A stretch of 62,589 bases of DNA, from the NCBI GenBank assembly GCA_964499985.1, contig CAZCMX010000004.1:1-62589 (forward strand). Direction: 5' to 3'. Both the position numbers and the translations under genes were made by a program. Shown one piece after another: positions 38,089 through 47,492 of the stretch (positions are counted from its first letter, which is position 1; every line of letters starts with the position of its first letter). The DNA comes from an uncultured Mageeibacillus sp. Its GTDB lineage: Bacteria; Bacillota; Clostridia; Saccharofermentanales; UBA5734. The notes under the pieces were generated by a model, which worked only from the letters and a program-made list of their open reading frames with translations, made no database searches and was not told where the DNA came from.

Positions 38089-40503
38089 ATGGCCAGCGCA
38101 CCGGAAATCCCTTCCGGTCCATCATCAGCTGGCCGGTTCGGCCAGTCTGTCCAGGTCTTGATTGCCTGGGCCAGCGTCTTGCTGCTGGTCCCAGGCTTTT
38201 CTTTCTGGTTGCTGGGACCTGATGCCTTCGCCTTCCTGCGCTGGTGGCTGGCTCTGCTGGTGATCGGACTGGCCGCCTGGCCGCTTTCGCGGGTCTTGTT
38301 TGGCCACTTGCCGGCCGGACTGAGCTACCTGCCGGCCAAAGCCGTGGGTCTGTTTTTGCTGGCTCTGGCTGGCTGGGAGGCCGGATTTTTGTTCCATCTT
38401 AGCCTGAGCCGCCTGCTTCTGGCTGCCCTTGGCCTGCTCCTTTCTGCCCTGGGCTGGTCCCGCTGGGGCCGCAACAGGCTCCAGTCCACCGGCCGGAACC
38501 AGCTATTGCTCGGTGCCGCAGGTTCCGAGCTGTTTTTCAGTGCGCTATTGCTGGCCGGCGCCTTCCTGCGGTCCTTCAAGCCGGGGCTGGACAGCCTGGA
38601 AAAATTCATGAATGTCGCCTTCATCAACAGCATTCTGCGCAGTCCGGGCCTGCCGGCAGCCGATCCCTGGCTCGCTGGCGAAACCATCAATTACTACTAT
38701 TTCGGGCACTACACCTATGCCCTCCTGACCCGCCTGACCGGCCTGGCCACCCCTGTCGCCTATAATCTGGGCATGGCAACGGTCTGGGCTTTTGCCGCAA
38801 GCATCAGCTGGGTCCTGGGCGCTGGCCTGATCCACTTGGCCCTGGCCAGCCCCGGACTGAGCGGTCGGAGGGCCGCCCTAAGCCGTTCCGGTACCAGCCT
38901 GCCCCTGGCTGCCGGCGGCCTGTTGTCTCTGCTGCTGGTCAATGTCCTGGGCAATAGCCATGCCTTCTTCTATAGCAATCATGGGCCCGGCAAGATCCTT
39001 TTGGCCTGGCTGGCCAAAACCGGTATTCCGGTCGGCGCGATCGACCAGGCCTACTGGTTCCCCAATGCAACCCGCTTCATCGGCTACAATCCGGATACGA
39101 CCGACAAAACCATCCATGAATTCCCCTTCTACTCCTATCTGGTCGCCGATTTGCATGCCCATGTGATCAATCTGACCGTGGTCCTGATTTTCCTGCTGCT
39201 GCTTTTGAGCGGGATTGCCCGGGCCAGCTCAGCAGAGCACCAAAACGCGAGAAGTTTGCTGGCGACAGGGCCAAGCGCCGGGCAGGCCATCGCCGTTTTA
39301 TGGAAAAAAGCGCTGCTTTTGCCGGAAATCTGGGCACTCGGGTTTTGCCTGGCCATTTTCATGATGCAGAACTATTGGGATTTCGTCATATATCTTCCGG
39401 TGGCCGGTATCGTCTTGCTGGCCGGCAATGGTCTGGCCCTGCCGGATGCGCGGCCAAGCTCACGCTGGCTGGCCGCCATGGCCCTGGCCACGCTCCAGAT
39501 TTTGAGCATGCTTGCCATCGCCTTCCTGCTGACCCTGCCCTTCCGGGATCATTTCGAACCGATGAGCAGCACCATCGCCTGGGCGACCGCCAGGACCCCG
39601 GCCTGGCAGCTGCTGGTGCTCTGGGGGCCACATCTGCTGGCAGGGATGTTGGGCAGCCTGGCCCTTCTGGCGACCAAGAGCAACCGGCGCCACTTAGAAC
39701 CGGCCGATGGGCTGGCCATCGGTCTGTTCGTCTATGGTCTGGTCCTGCTCCTTGCACCGGAGATCTTTTATGTCGTTGATATCTATTCCGGCGATTATAA
39801 GCGCGCCAATACGATGTTCAAATTCACCTACCAGGCCTTTGTCCTGCTGGGGCTCTGCTGGGGGTATCTGCTGGTTCGCCTGGCCCTGATCCGGCCCCGG
39901 CAGAAGCTGGCACTGCTCATACTGACAGCCTGTCTGGTCCTGCCCGGCTGGTTCCCCGGGCTGGCGATCCACCAATGGTATGGCGAGCTGAGCCAGACGA
40001 ACCAGCAGGGACTGGATGGCCTGGCTCCACTTGGCCGGAAAAATTCCCAGCAGGTGGCCGGGGAAGCGGCAGACGAGCTGAGCGATGATTTGCTTGCCAT
40101 CCGCTGGCTGAACGAAACGGTCCAGGGACAGCCCGTCATCCTGGAGGCGGCCGGGCCAAGCTATACGGACCTGGGCCGGATCTCGGCTTTCACAGGTCTG
40201 CCGACCCTGATCGGCTGGGAAACCCATGAATGGCTCTGGCGGACCAGCCGCAACCGGCCGAATGCCTATGCGGACCTGGTCCAGCCCCGCCAGGACATGG
40301 TGCGCCAGCTCTATACCACCCCAGACCAGGACCTGCGGCAGATGCTGCTCGCACAATACCAGGTCAAATACATCGTGCTTGGATCGGTCGAACGGACAGC
40401 CTATGGCCAGGAGCTCCAGGAAGTCCTGCTGACCCAGTGCGGGCGGGTGGTATTCACCAGTAAAACCCTGCAGATCATCGAAGTGGAGCAGAATTCACCC
40501 TAA
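38089..40503 (+). CDS. large polytopic membrane protein, DUF2298 / Chlor_Arch_YYY family (GT-C-like, function unknown)
   Basis: 804 aa, highly hydrophobic. Signature ETINYYYFGHY, with YYY at codons 202-204 (nt 38692-38700). Starts 2 nt after the upstream stop. Confidence 0.65.
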   Translation: MASAPEIPSGPSSAGRFGQSVQVLIAWASVLLLVPGFSFWLLGPDAFAFLRWWLALLVIGLAAWPLSRVLFGHLPAGLSYLPAKAVGLFLLALAGWEAGFLFHLSLSRLLLAALGLLLSALGWSRWGRNRLQSTGRNQLLLGAAGSELFFSALLLAGAFLRSFKPGLDSLEKFMNVAFINSILRSPGLPAADPWLAGETINYYYFGHYTYALLTRLTGLATPVAYNLGMATVWAFAASISWVLGAGLIHLALASPGLSGRRAALSRSGTSLPLAAGGLLSLLLVNVLGNSHAFFYSNHGPGKILLAWLAKTGIPVGAIDQAYWFPNATRFIGYNPDTTDKTIHEFPFYSYLVADLHAHVINLTVVLIFLLLLLSGIARASSAEHQNARSLLATGPSAGQAIAVLWKKALLLPEIWALGFCLAIFMMQNYWDFVIYLPVAGIVLLAGNGLALPDARPSSRWLAAMALATLQILSMLAIAFLLTLPFRDHFEPMSSTIAWATARTPAWQLLVLWGPHLLAGMLGSLALLATKSNRRHLEPADGLAIGLFVYGLVLLLAPEIFYVVDIYSGDYKRANTMFKFTYQAFVLLGLCWGYLLVRLALIRPRQKLALLILTACLVLPGWFPGLAIHQWYGELSQTNQQGLDGLAPLGRKNSQQVAGEAADELSDDLLAIRWLNETVQGQPVILEAAGPSYTDLGRISAFTGLPTLIGWETHEWLWRTSRNRPNAYADLVQPRQDMVRQLYTTPDQDLRQMLLAQYQVKYIVLGSVERTAYGQELQEVLLTQCGRVVFTSKTLQIIEVEQNSP

Positions 40504-40568
40504 GCCGCCGGGGCCATGGCCGGTCCGGCCTTCGCCCCCTGCACCTCTCCTCTGTCCCTCGCAGATGG

Positions 40569-40616
40569 CCAAAGGGTCTGCCGCAAACCTGGCTGGTTTT
40601 GCGGCAGACCCTTTGG
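40569..40616. terminator. long perfect hairpin between convergent YYY and LysM genes
   Basis: CCAAAGGGTCTGCCGCAAA-10 nt-TTTGCGGCAGACCCTTTGG, a 19-bp perfect stem with no clear U-tract on either side. Confidence 0.55.
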
Positions 40617-40655
40617 TATAACCTGGTCTTTGACAGAGTGTTCTATTGCACCGGC

Positions 40656-42095
40656 TTATTGCGGTGGGATCTTGATTTTCTGGCCCAGCTGCAGGGTATC
40701 CGAGTTCAGGCCATTGTAATCTTTGATTTTATCAATCGTGGCCTGTGAGCCGTCATTGAAATATTTGATCGCGATCGAATAGAATGTATCGCCCGATTTG
40801 ACCGTATGGACGGTGCCCCCGGTCGCCGGAGCCGTCGTCTCTTCCGTTGCGGCAGTTGTTTCGGCCGTGGTTTCCTCCGGTGTCGTTTCCTCTGGAGTTG
40901 TTTCGTCTGGATTGACGGTTGGCTCAGTGACAACAATCTCTTCGGTCTGGCTGGTTTCCTCGATCTGGGTGGTGGTTTCCGATGGCAGGGTCTTCCCACC
41001 CTCTTTGCCGAAAATCATGTTGAAAATGGCGAAAACAGCGCCAATCGTCACGGCGGTGATCACCATATACAGTGCCAGGCGGCGGATCCGGCCATTCTCA
41101 TCGCGGGGGCGTTCAAAATATCCCTTATCGTAGGGGGTGTCTTCATCATCCGGTTCATCGGTCGCCATCGGGACTGCAGGAACTGACTGGCCCTGGGCTT
41201 CCGGCGGCTTGGCAGCAGCGGCTGATTTGGCAGGCTGGCCGAACTTGCCTGCCATCTGGCCCAGAAGCGTACTTTCCGGGGCGACCCGGGACGTGACGGG
41301 GCGGGCAGGCTTGTCGGTAGACCGGATCGACTCGACAAAGCAGGCGATGACCTGCATGGCTACGCCCGGCAGCTTGGCCGAGGCTGCCGTGATGATCAGG
41401 CCAGCCGCATCGGACTGGTCCTGGGCCTCGTACAGCAGGCGCAGGATCTCCCGCTGGCCAAGCGTGGTGATCACTTCTTTGTTGCAGACGATCACGCAAT
41501 CGTCAGGCTGCAGCTGGGCAATATTGGAGTACCGGACCGTCCCGGCCAGGCCCGCACAATAGATGTCCTGGCCCAAGACCGGTTTGCCGTGATAGTCGAC
41601 CGGTTCCAGGGAAATATCATCATGGGTGAGCGGGTACAGGGCATCATTGCGATACAGATAGGCACAGCCATGGCCCATGGTGATGGCGGCCAGCTCGGCA
41701 TCCTTGACCATGACGCCGGCAAAATAGGGCTGGCGGGCATTTTCTTGCTGCAGGGAGCCGCGGCCGGCGATTTCAACGGCACATTCAGCCAGCTCATTGA
41801 TCTCTGCATCGATATTGCGGATATTCTGCTTGACATCATTCAGAATCCGTTCCAGTGCCTTATGGGCACGCGAAGAAACAAGATCCTCCTGGCCATGGCT
41901 GGACTGGTGCGCGAAGGCAGCGTAAAAAAAGCCCCGGTCTTCCCGGTCGAGGGTGACATCGGCAGCCCGGTGCTCCCGCCGGGTCGTCAGGCGACCATCG
42001 AGATAATAGCCATCGAAAATACCATTGCCGGGGAAATAACGGGCAGTAACGGTCGCTGCCAGTCGAGTCAGCGCCGGATGGGGTGATTTAGCCAT
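40656..42095 (-). CDS. bitopic protein: cytoplasmic degenerate PP2C-like domain, TM helix, Thr/Glu/Pro linker, extracellular LysM
   Basis: C-terminal LysM HTVKSGDTFYSIAIKYFNDG...LQLGQKIKIP; TM LALYMVITAVTIGAVFAIFNMIF. The N-terminal region aligns by eye to PrpC-type PP2C, but the metal-binding Asp motifs are replaced. AGGAGG lies before ATG 42095. Confidence 0.7.
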   Translation of the reverse strand: MAKSPHPALTRLAATVTARYFPGNGIFDGYYLDGRLTTRREHRAADVTLDREDRGFFYAAFAHQSSHGQEDLVSSRAHKALERILNDVKQNIRNIDAEINELAECAVEIAGRGSLQQENARQPYFAGVMVKDAELAAITMGHGCAYLYRNDALYPLTHDDISLEPVDYHGKPVLGQDIYCAGLAGTVRYSNIAQLQPDDCVIVCNKEVITTLGQREILRLLYEAQDQSDAAGLIITAASAKLPGVAMQVIACFVESIRSTDKPARPVTSRVAPESTLLGQMAGKFGQPAKSAAAAKPPEAQGQSVPAVPMATDEPDDEDTPYDKGYFERPRDENGRIRRLALYMVITAVTIGAVFAIFNMIFGKEGGKTLPSETTTQIEETSQTEEIVVTEPTVNPDETTPEETTPEETTAETTAATEETTAPATGGTVHTVKSGDTFYSIAIKYFNDGSQATIDKIKDYNGLNSDTLQLGQKIKIPPQ

Positions 42096-42215
42096 TTGAT
42101 CAAGACCTCCTGTTTGGTGCAATTTAAGATTATAGCACAAAAACTGCAATGGCTATGTTGCAGTCAGGTTGCAGTTGCCAGATCTGCTCCGGACCAGCGT
42201 CACCCGGGCAGATGG

Positions 42216-43640
42216 TCAGGGATCACCCGGGGAGTCTGCCAGCCATTGGCCAGCCAGCTCCAGAAGCCTTTCCTGCGAATGATCGGCGGGTTCCTTCTGG
42301 ACATGGGACAATAACCGCTCCAGGAACAAGCCCAGCCGGGCTCCCCGAAGCGGCAGCCTGCTGGACAGGTCCTGACCCGATACGGCCAGTTCTGACAAGG
42401 CGACCGGCAACCTTGCACCAGAGTCTGCCTCCGCCTCCAGCTGGACCTGCTGGCGCAAATTGACCAGCTCCCGGCCCAGGCAGGCCCATTCTGGCTGGAT
42501 GAAGGCCAGCAAGGCCCAGCCATCCACCAGGCACTGGCGGGCGACAGGAATATCCAGCGCCAGGGTTTTGGCCATCACCCTGACCAGAATGGCCAAGCCC
42601 AGGGCATCTTGTTCCTGGTCCCGCGCGAGATGCAAACGCAGGCCAGCCCCGTAGAGCATGGCATGGCCATGGCGGGAAGCCGGCCGGGACAGTCGGCAGA
42701 CCTGCTGGAAAACCTCCCTCAGGCCAGACAAAGCGGACGGGGCCAGGATTTTTTGCAGGGCAGCCGGACCGCCGGGCAAAAGGTCAGTCCTGCCCGACAG
42801 ACCAGCGCCCGGCTCCACCAGCCGGCACAATTGGCAGGCCAGATAGAATAAGGGCACCGTCTGGTCCGGATGCCAGGCCGGCCGGATCCAGACCGCCAGC
42901 AATCGGGTCAGCTGTGAATTATCGGGCTCGAAGCCGAACAGGCGGCGGGCGATCACCGGCAGCAGGCCACTGGCTTCGAACGGCTGCAGGGCGGGGCCAT
43001 GGGCAGCATTCATCATCCGGCCCAGCTCATGCGTGATTCGCTCGACACTAAGCCTTTGCGTCCGTTCCCGTTCCCTGGCGATCGCCGCAACCAGATCCCC
43101 GGCCGGTTCCAGGTCATAGGTCAAGGTAAACCGCAAGGCCCTGAGCATGCGCAGGGCATCCTCCTGGAGGCGGACGACCGGATCGCCGACGGTCCTGAGC
43201 TGGCTGGCCATCAGGTCAGACCAGCCGCCAAATGGATCGAGCAGGCCCCGCTGCGGGTGGAAGGCCATGCTATTGATGGTGAAATCGCGCCGGCCCAGAT
43301 CCTTGATGATATCCGCCTCGAAAATGACCCGGTCAGGCCGGCGGCCATCGGAGTAGTCGCGTTCACTGCGATATGTGGTGATTTCGATTGCATGATGCTC
43401 CACCAGGACAGTGACCGTGCCATGGGCCAGACCGGTGGCAAAGGCATGGGGAAAGACCGCCAGGACTTGTTCGGGCAGGGCATTGGTCGACAGGTCAAAA
43501 TCCAGCGGCGTACGCCCGATGGCAAGGTCGCGGACACAGCCGCCCACCAGCCAGACCTCGAAGCCAGCCTGCTCCAGCAGGGCAAGCGCCCGGTGCACAG
43601 GACCCGGGATGCGCATGGACCAGTCGAGCGGCTCCACCAT
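42216..43640 (-). CDS. cca: CCA tRNA nucleotidyltransferase (poly(A) polymerase family)
   Basis: WLVGGCVRDLAIGRTPLDFDLST...GTVTV...EITTYRSE. AAGGAG lies 8 nt before ATG 43640; the track ORF extends to 43709. Confidence 0.85.
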   Translation of the reverse strand: MVEPLDWSMRIPGPVHRALALLEQAGFEVWLVGGCVRDLAIGRTPLDFDLSTNALPEQVLAVFPHAFATGLAHGTVTVLVEHHAIEITTYRSERDYSDGRRPDRVIFEADIIKDLGRRDFTINSMAFHPQRGLLDPFGGWSDLMASQLRTVGDPVVRLQEDALRMLRALRFTLTYDLEPAGDLVAAIARERERTQRLSVERITHELGRMMNAAHGPALQPFEASGLLPVIARRLFGFEPDNSQLTRLLAVWIRPAWHPDQTVPLFYLACQLCRLVEPGAGLSGRTDLLPGGPAALQKILAPSALSGLREVFQQVCRLSRPASRHGHAMLYGAGLRLHLARDQEQDALGLAILVRVMAKTLALDIPVARQCLVDGWALLAFIQPEWACLGRELVNLRQQVQLEAEADSGARLPVALSELAVSGQDLSSRLPLRGARLGLFLERLLSHVQKEPADHSQERLLELAGQWLADSPGDP

Positions 43641-43662
43641 GGTTTGAACTCCTTCGCCTCGT

Positions 43663-43691
43663 TTGCATAATGTGTTCTGAGCGTGTATCAT
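43663..43691 (+). promoter_or_regulatory. putative promoter of the RCC1-repeat gene
   Basis: TTGCAT (43663-68), 17 nt, TATCAT (43686-91). Confidence 0.4.
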
Positions 43692-43746
43692 TGAGCAGCA
43701 CATTCTCATTTTAACGGTTCGCGCAGCTTGCGCAAAGTGAAAGACG

Positions 43747-45576
43747 ATGTATAAAAATCAATCAGGCCAACCGGTCCGTCATCTGACGCACCGCCGTTTA
43801 TCTGCCATTTTCTTTTATCTGGCCATCCTCATCGGTGTCATGGTCAGTCTCCCCATCATGGTCGCGCCCCGCCAGGGGCTGGCAGATGCCAATCCCGAGC
43901 TTGCCCGGCTGCAGACCCATGCCGAGGTTTCCGCAGGCATGGCCCACAGTGTGTTTCTCGACTATGATGGTCTCGTCTATGCCTGGGGGGATAATGCCTA
44001 TGGCCAGACTGGGGCAACCGGTGAGGATCATGTCAGTGCCCCGGTCCAGGTCGAATTGCCCGAGCCCGCCAAAGCCATTGCTGCAGGGGCCTACCACACC
44101 CTGGTCCTGGGCCAGAGTGGCACGGTCTATGCCCTCGGCCGCAATGCTTATGGCCAGGTTGGCAATGGCACGGTGGCCAATGTCGACACGCCTGTCAAAC
44201 TGACCGGATTGCCCCGCATCAAAGCCATCGCTGCCGGGGACTATCACTCCCTGGCCTTGGGTGAGGATGGCAGCATCTGGGCCTGGGGCCACAATACCCA
44301 GGGGCAAGTCGGCGAAGTGGCATCCGAAGAAGTATTGGGACTCGATGGTTCTGTCCTGGCCTTGCGCAATACCCGGCCAGTCCAGATCGTCCAGTCTGGA
44401 GCCAGCCTGATCCGGGCAGGAGGCAATTTTTCCCTGTATGTCGATGAGCAAGGCCAGCTGTACACCTGGGGTGACAATAGCCAGGGCCAGCTTGGGGACG
44501 GCACCACAGAATCTCGACGGACCCCGGGTCTGGTCCCAGGCATCAGCCACGTGGTGGACGTTGCGGCGGGCTCCAGCCATGTCCTGGCGCTCAGCTCGCT
44601 GTCCGGTTATCGCCAGCTCTATGTCTGGGGGGACAATTCCCTCGGCCAATTGGGCCTGGGTGGCCAAAAATCGACCACTCAACGCCAGCTGCAACCGACA
44701 GTGCTCGATCTGACCGGCAATCTCGATCCCAGCGACGAACGCCTCCTGTCCGTCGCTGCAGGATATGCCCAGTCCGCTGTGATCCGCGATGTCTCGACCT
44801 CCCGGTTCGGCCAGCCCACCCTCAAAAACGAATGGTATGTCTGGGGACTCAATGCCAGCCATCAGCTGGGCCTGGCCAAAACAGCCAGCCGCTACGAACC
44901 CCAAAGAATCCAGGGCTTCTATCATGGCCGCTGGGGATCCAGTTTCCTGCCCTTTGAGGGAATGGCCTTTGGTTCCGAGCATGTCCTGGTCCTCAGCAGC
45001 AAGGGTCTCCTGGCCTCTGCCGGCGCGAATTCGCGCGGCCAGCTGGGTCAATCCGACGACAAGCCCAGGGCAACGCTGGAACAAGTGGTGACCCAGGATT
45101 TGTTCCGGCCAAGCTGGACCAGCAGCCAGAGGGTCCACATCAAAACCAAGGCAGATGGCCAGATTCAAGTCAAATGGCCCGCGGCGCAGGACAATATCGC
45201 GGTGGCTGGCTATTTCGTCGAAATCACCGCAGCCGGCCAGGCTCCCGTCCTGGAGGATGCCGGTCCGGCGACCGAGTGGACCGTGAACGGCATCGACCCG
45301 AAGACTCCGGTCCAGATCAGCATCATGGCCTATGACCAGAACAGCTCAGAGGCCGGACCAGCAGAGCTGGCGCATCTGACCGGTTATCGGCTGCCAGAAG
45401 GCACCTTGGCTGAAAACTATTTTTTGGTCCAGGCAGCCAACCGGGCTCCGCTTGATCCAGTCTCCCATGCCTGGACACCCCATCCTTCTGGTCAAAGCCA
45501 GCCACCCGAGGTGCCCTGGAGCCAAAAGTCAGTCGTAGAAATGAACCCCCAAAGCGAGATAGAGGCTGGCGGATAG
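43747..45576 (+). CDS. membrane-anchored RCC1-repeat beta-propeller protein with C-terminal fibronectin-III-like domain
   Basis: N-terminal TM (LSAIFFYLAILIGVMVSLPIMV). Seven repeats: VYAWGDNAYGQTG, VYALGRNAYGQVGNG, IWAWGHNTQGQVG, LYTWGDNSQGQLGDG, LYVWGDNSLGQLGLG, WYVWGLNASHQLG, ASAGANSRGQLG. FN3-like segment ...IQVKWPAAQDNIAVAGYFVEI... Confidence 0.8.
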   Translation: MYKNQSGQPVRHLTHRRLSAIFFYLAILIGVMVSLPIMVAPRQGLADANPELARLQTHAEVSAGMAHSVFLDYDGLVYAWGDNAYGQTGATGEDHVSAPVQVELPEPAKAIAAGAYHTLVLGQSGTVYALGRNAYGQVGNGTVANVDTPVKLTGLPRIKAIAAGDYHSLALGEDGSIWAWGHNTQGQVGEVASEEVLGLDGSVLALRNTRPVQIVQSGASLIRAGGNFSLYVDEQGQLYTWGDNSQGQLGDGTTESRRTPGLVPGISHVVDVAAGSSHVLALSSLSGYRQLYVWGDNSLGQLGLGGQKSTTQRQLQPTVLDLTGNLDPSDERLLSVAAGYAQSAVIRDVSTSRFGQPTLKNEWYVWGLNASHQLGLAKTASRYEPQRIQGFYHGRWGSSFLPFEGMAFGSEHVLVLSSKGLLASAGANSRGQLGQSDDKPRATLEQVVTQDLFRPSWTSSQRVHIKTKADGQIQVKWPAAQDNIAVAGYFVEITAAGQAPVLEDAGPATEWTVNGIDPKTPVQISIMAYDQNSSEAGPAELAHLTGYRLPEGTLAENYFLVQAANRAPLDPVSHAWTPHPSGQSQPPEVPWSQKSVVEMNPQSEIEAGG

Positions 45577-47412
45577 CATCGATCCCATGGCATCAAGGTC
45601 GCGGGCAAAGCCGGCCAGATGCTCAGAGTCATTGATCTGGCTCTGAGTCAGCTGCGCCATGAAGGCTCGGGCCAGGCTCTGGTCCTGGTGGTATAGCTCC
45701 GTCAATTGCCGTAAATATGGCTTATCGGCCCCGAGGGCAATCGCCGGGGCCAGCAAATCACTGTCAAGCCGAGGCTCTGCCGGCTGGCCCTTTTTCAGGC
45801 TGGCATAGTGGCGGATCTGCTGGCGCAGATGCCGGGCCTTCGCCGCTTCGAGGTTACCCTGGCGAGTCAGATGCTTCAGGCCGAGGGCAAAGCCGGCAAA
45901 CAGCAGGGCCGGCACCAGGAGCACCAGACCTGGCAGAGATCTCGTGACCAGGACGATGAACAGGCTGGCACTGGCATAAAAGCCAGCCATGACCAGGCCC
46001 AGGAGCTTGCCCTGATGCCTTTTGGGGAGGTCGAGCAGACCTTCCTTGACCATATCCTCCTGGATCAGCAGGATGAACTGTTCATAATAGGCAGCGAACT
46101 CCGCCGCCGTCCGCCGGTCCAGGGCATATTTCCGGATCTGGGCCGGAGCCAGAGTGTTCTCCTTTGTGATTCGCTCATAAAACCATTGCAGCAGGAAAAT
46201 CTCATAGGCAGACATGCCCTGGTAATCTGGCACACTGTGCGCCAGCAGAGTGAATACATGGCCATCCAAGCGCAATTTGCCCCGAATGACCAGGTCCAGA
46301 AGGGTTGCCAGCAGAATCTGGCCTGGATGATGGTGCCTGGACAGCCGGGCCAGGATCGCCGGGCGATGGACAGGGATCGCGACCGGTCCTTTGGGCAGGC
46401 CCCGGTCCAGAGGCAGCCGGAGCAGGCCTTCACGTTCAAAAACCAGAAACAGGATAGTCAGGATGAAGACGGCAAGGGTCAGCAGGATCCAGGTCAGGCG
46501 GGACAGGAAGGCATCCGCCCAGGCCAGCTGGGACATCCGGGCCAGTTCCTGCTCGATTTCAGCGATCACAGCCGCCCGGTTCCCGACTGTCCCCTGAGGC
46601 AGCAAGGCCGCTCCCGGGGCAAAGCCAGAGACTGGCAGGATCAGGACCGCTTCCATCTTTTGCTTGGCCAGCAATTGGGGGGCACTCATCTGGACCGTGT
46701 CCGCATCCACCTCGGTGGTCATGAAGGCAATGGGGCTGACCGGCCGGGACCAGACGGAATCCGCTTGGGCTCCCTGGGGGTAATGGATCATCAGGACCGG
46801 CTTGGCAATGGTCTTGTCGCCCGCCAGGGCAAAAAAGGAACGGCGGAATTTAATCGCATCCGTCAGCTGGACCAGGGCCCCATCGAGCTGATAGCGGATC
46901 ACCACCTGGCGTGTCTCATTGGCATGGCCAACGGAACGGATCTTCAGGCGGTCATTCAATCCATCGGCATTCAGGCTGTAAGACAGCGACTGCAGATTGG
47001 CCTGGGTTTTCGAATCGGCCGGCAATACCTCCACCAGCTGGACCGGGGTTGAATCGGCCGGAGATCCGGCCGATATGGCGACAGACAGCAGCTTCAGGGA
47101 CCGGGCTTTGCCTGTACTGAGGAAGAAGGCGAGTTCTTTCGATTCCTGCTGGTAAAAAAGGTCAAGCTTTTCCTGGACCACCACCTGGCCATCCGGAGAG
47201 ATCTCACAATCGATGCGATAGGAATCGACCCGGTAATCTGACAGCACACTGGCCGCAACGGTCACCTCGGGGACTGCTCCGCTCCAGGCGGATTCCGGCA
47301 GGCCAAATCCTGGCAGCAGGATAAATAAGCTGACCAGCAGCAAAAACACCACGGACCTGACAAGGGCAGGCCGTGGTGTCAACAGGCAAAAGAACGGAGA
47401 CTTGATGGGCAT
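45529..47412 (-). CDS. DUF2207-like membrane protein
   Basis: 627 aa with a signal/TM. The extracytoplasmic N-domain (YRVDSYRIDCEISPDGQVVVQEKLDLFY) is typical of DUF2207, followed by several TMs. AGGAGG RBS, with TGgTATAAT at 47471-47463 upstream. Confidence 0.6.
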   Translation of the reverse strand: MPIKSPFFCLLTPRPALVRSVVFLLLVSLFILLPGFGLPESAWSGAVPEVTVAASVLSDYRVDSYRIDCEISPDGQVVVQEKLDLFYQQESKELAFFLSTGKARSLKLLSVAISAGSPADSTPVQLVEVLPADSKTQANLQSLSYSLNADGLNDRLKIRSVGHANETRQVVIRYQLDGALVQLTDAIKFRRSFFALAGDKTIAKPVLMIHYPQGAQADSVWSRPVSPIAFMTTEVDADTVQMSAPQLLAKQKMEAVLILPVSGFAPGAALLPQGTVGNRAAVIAEIEQELARMSQLAWADAFLSRLTWILLTLAVFILTILFLVFEREGLLRLPLDRGLPKGPVAIPVHRPAILARLSRHHHPGQILLATLLDLVIRGKLRLDGHVFTLLAHSVPDYQGMSAYEIFLLQWFYERITKENTLAPAQIRKYALDRRTAAEFAAYYEQFILLIQEDMVKEGLLDLPKRHQGKLLGLVMAGFYASASLFIVLVTRSLPGLVLLVPALLFAGFALGLKHLTRQGNLEAAKARHLRQQIRHYASLKKGQPAEPRLDSDLLAPAIALGADKPYLRQLTELYHQDQSLARAFMAQLTQSQINDSEHLAGFARDLDAMGSMLSASLYLALGVHFYD

Positions 47413-47492
47413 GATATTCTGCTCCTCCTGCGGGTGTGATCAGAAAACCAGACTTCTGCCACATTATACCACAGGGGACAAGGGCCGATGGA

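Noticed and set aside
40815-40904. Nucleotide repeats encoding Thr/Pro/Glu/Ala-rich stretches. They occur here, at about 50650-50880 in the LCP gene, and at about 20800-20880 in the 441-aa protein. I considered them as possible CRISPR-like or VNTR elements.
   Set aside because: They are in frame within extracytoplasmic linker regions of envelope proteins and have irregular units, so they are ordinary low-complexity stalks rather than spacer-repeat arrays.
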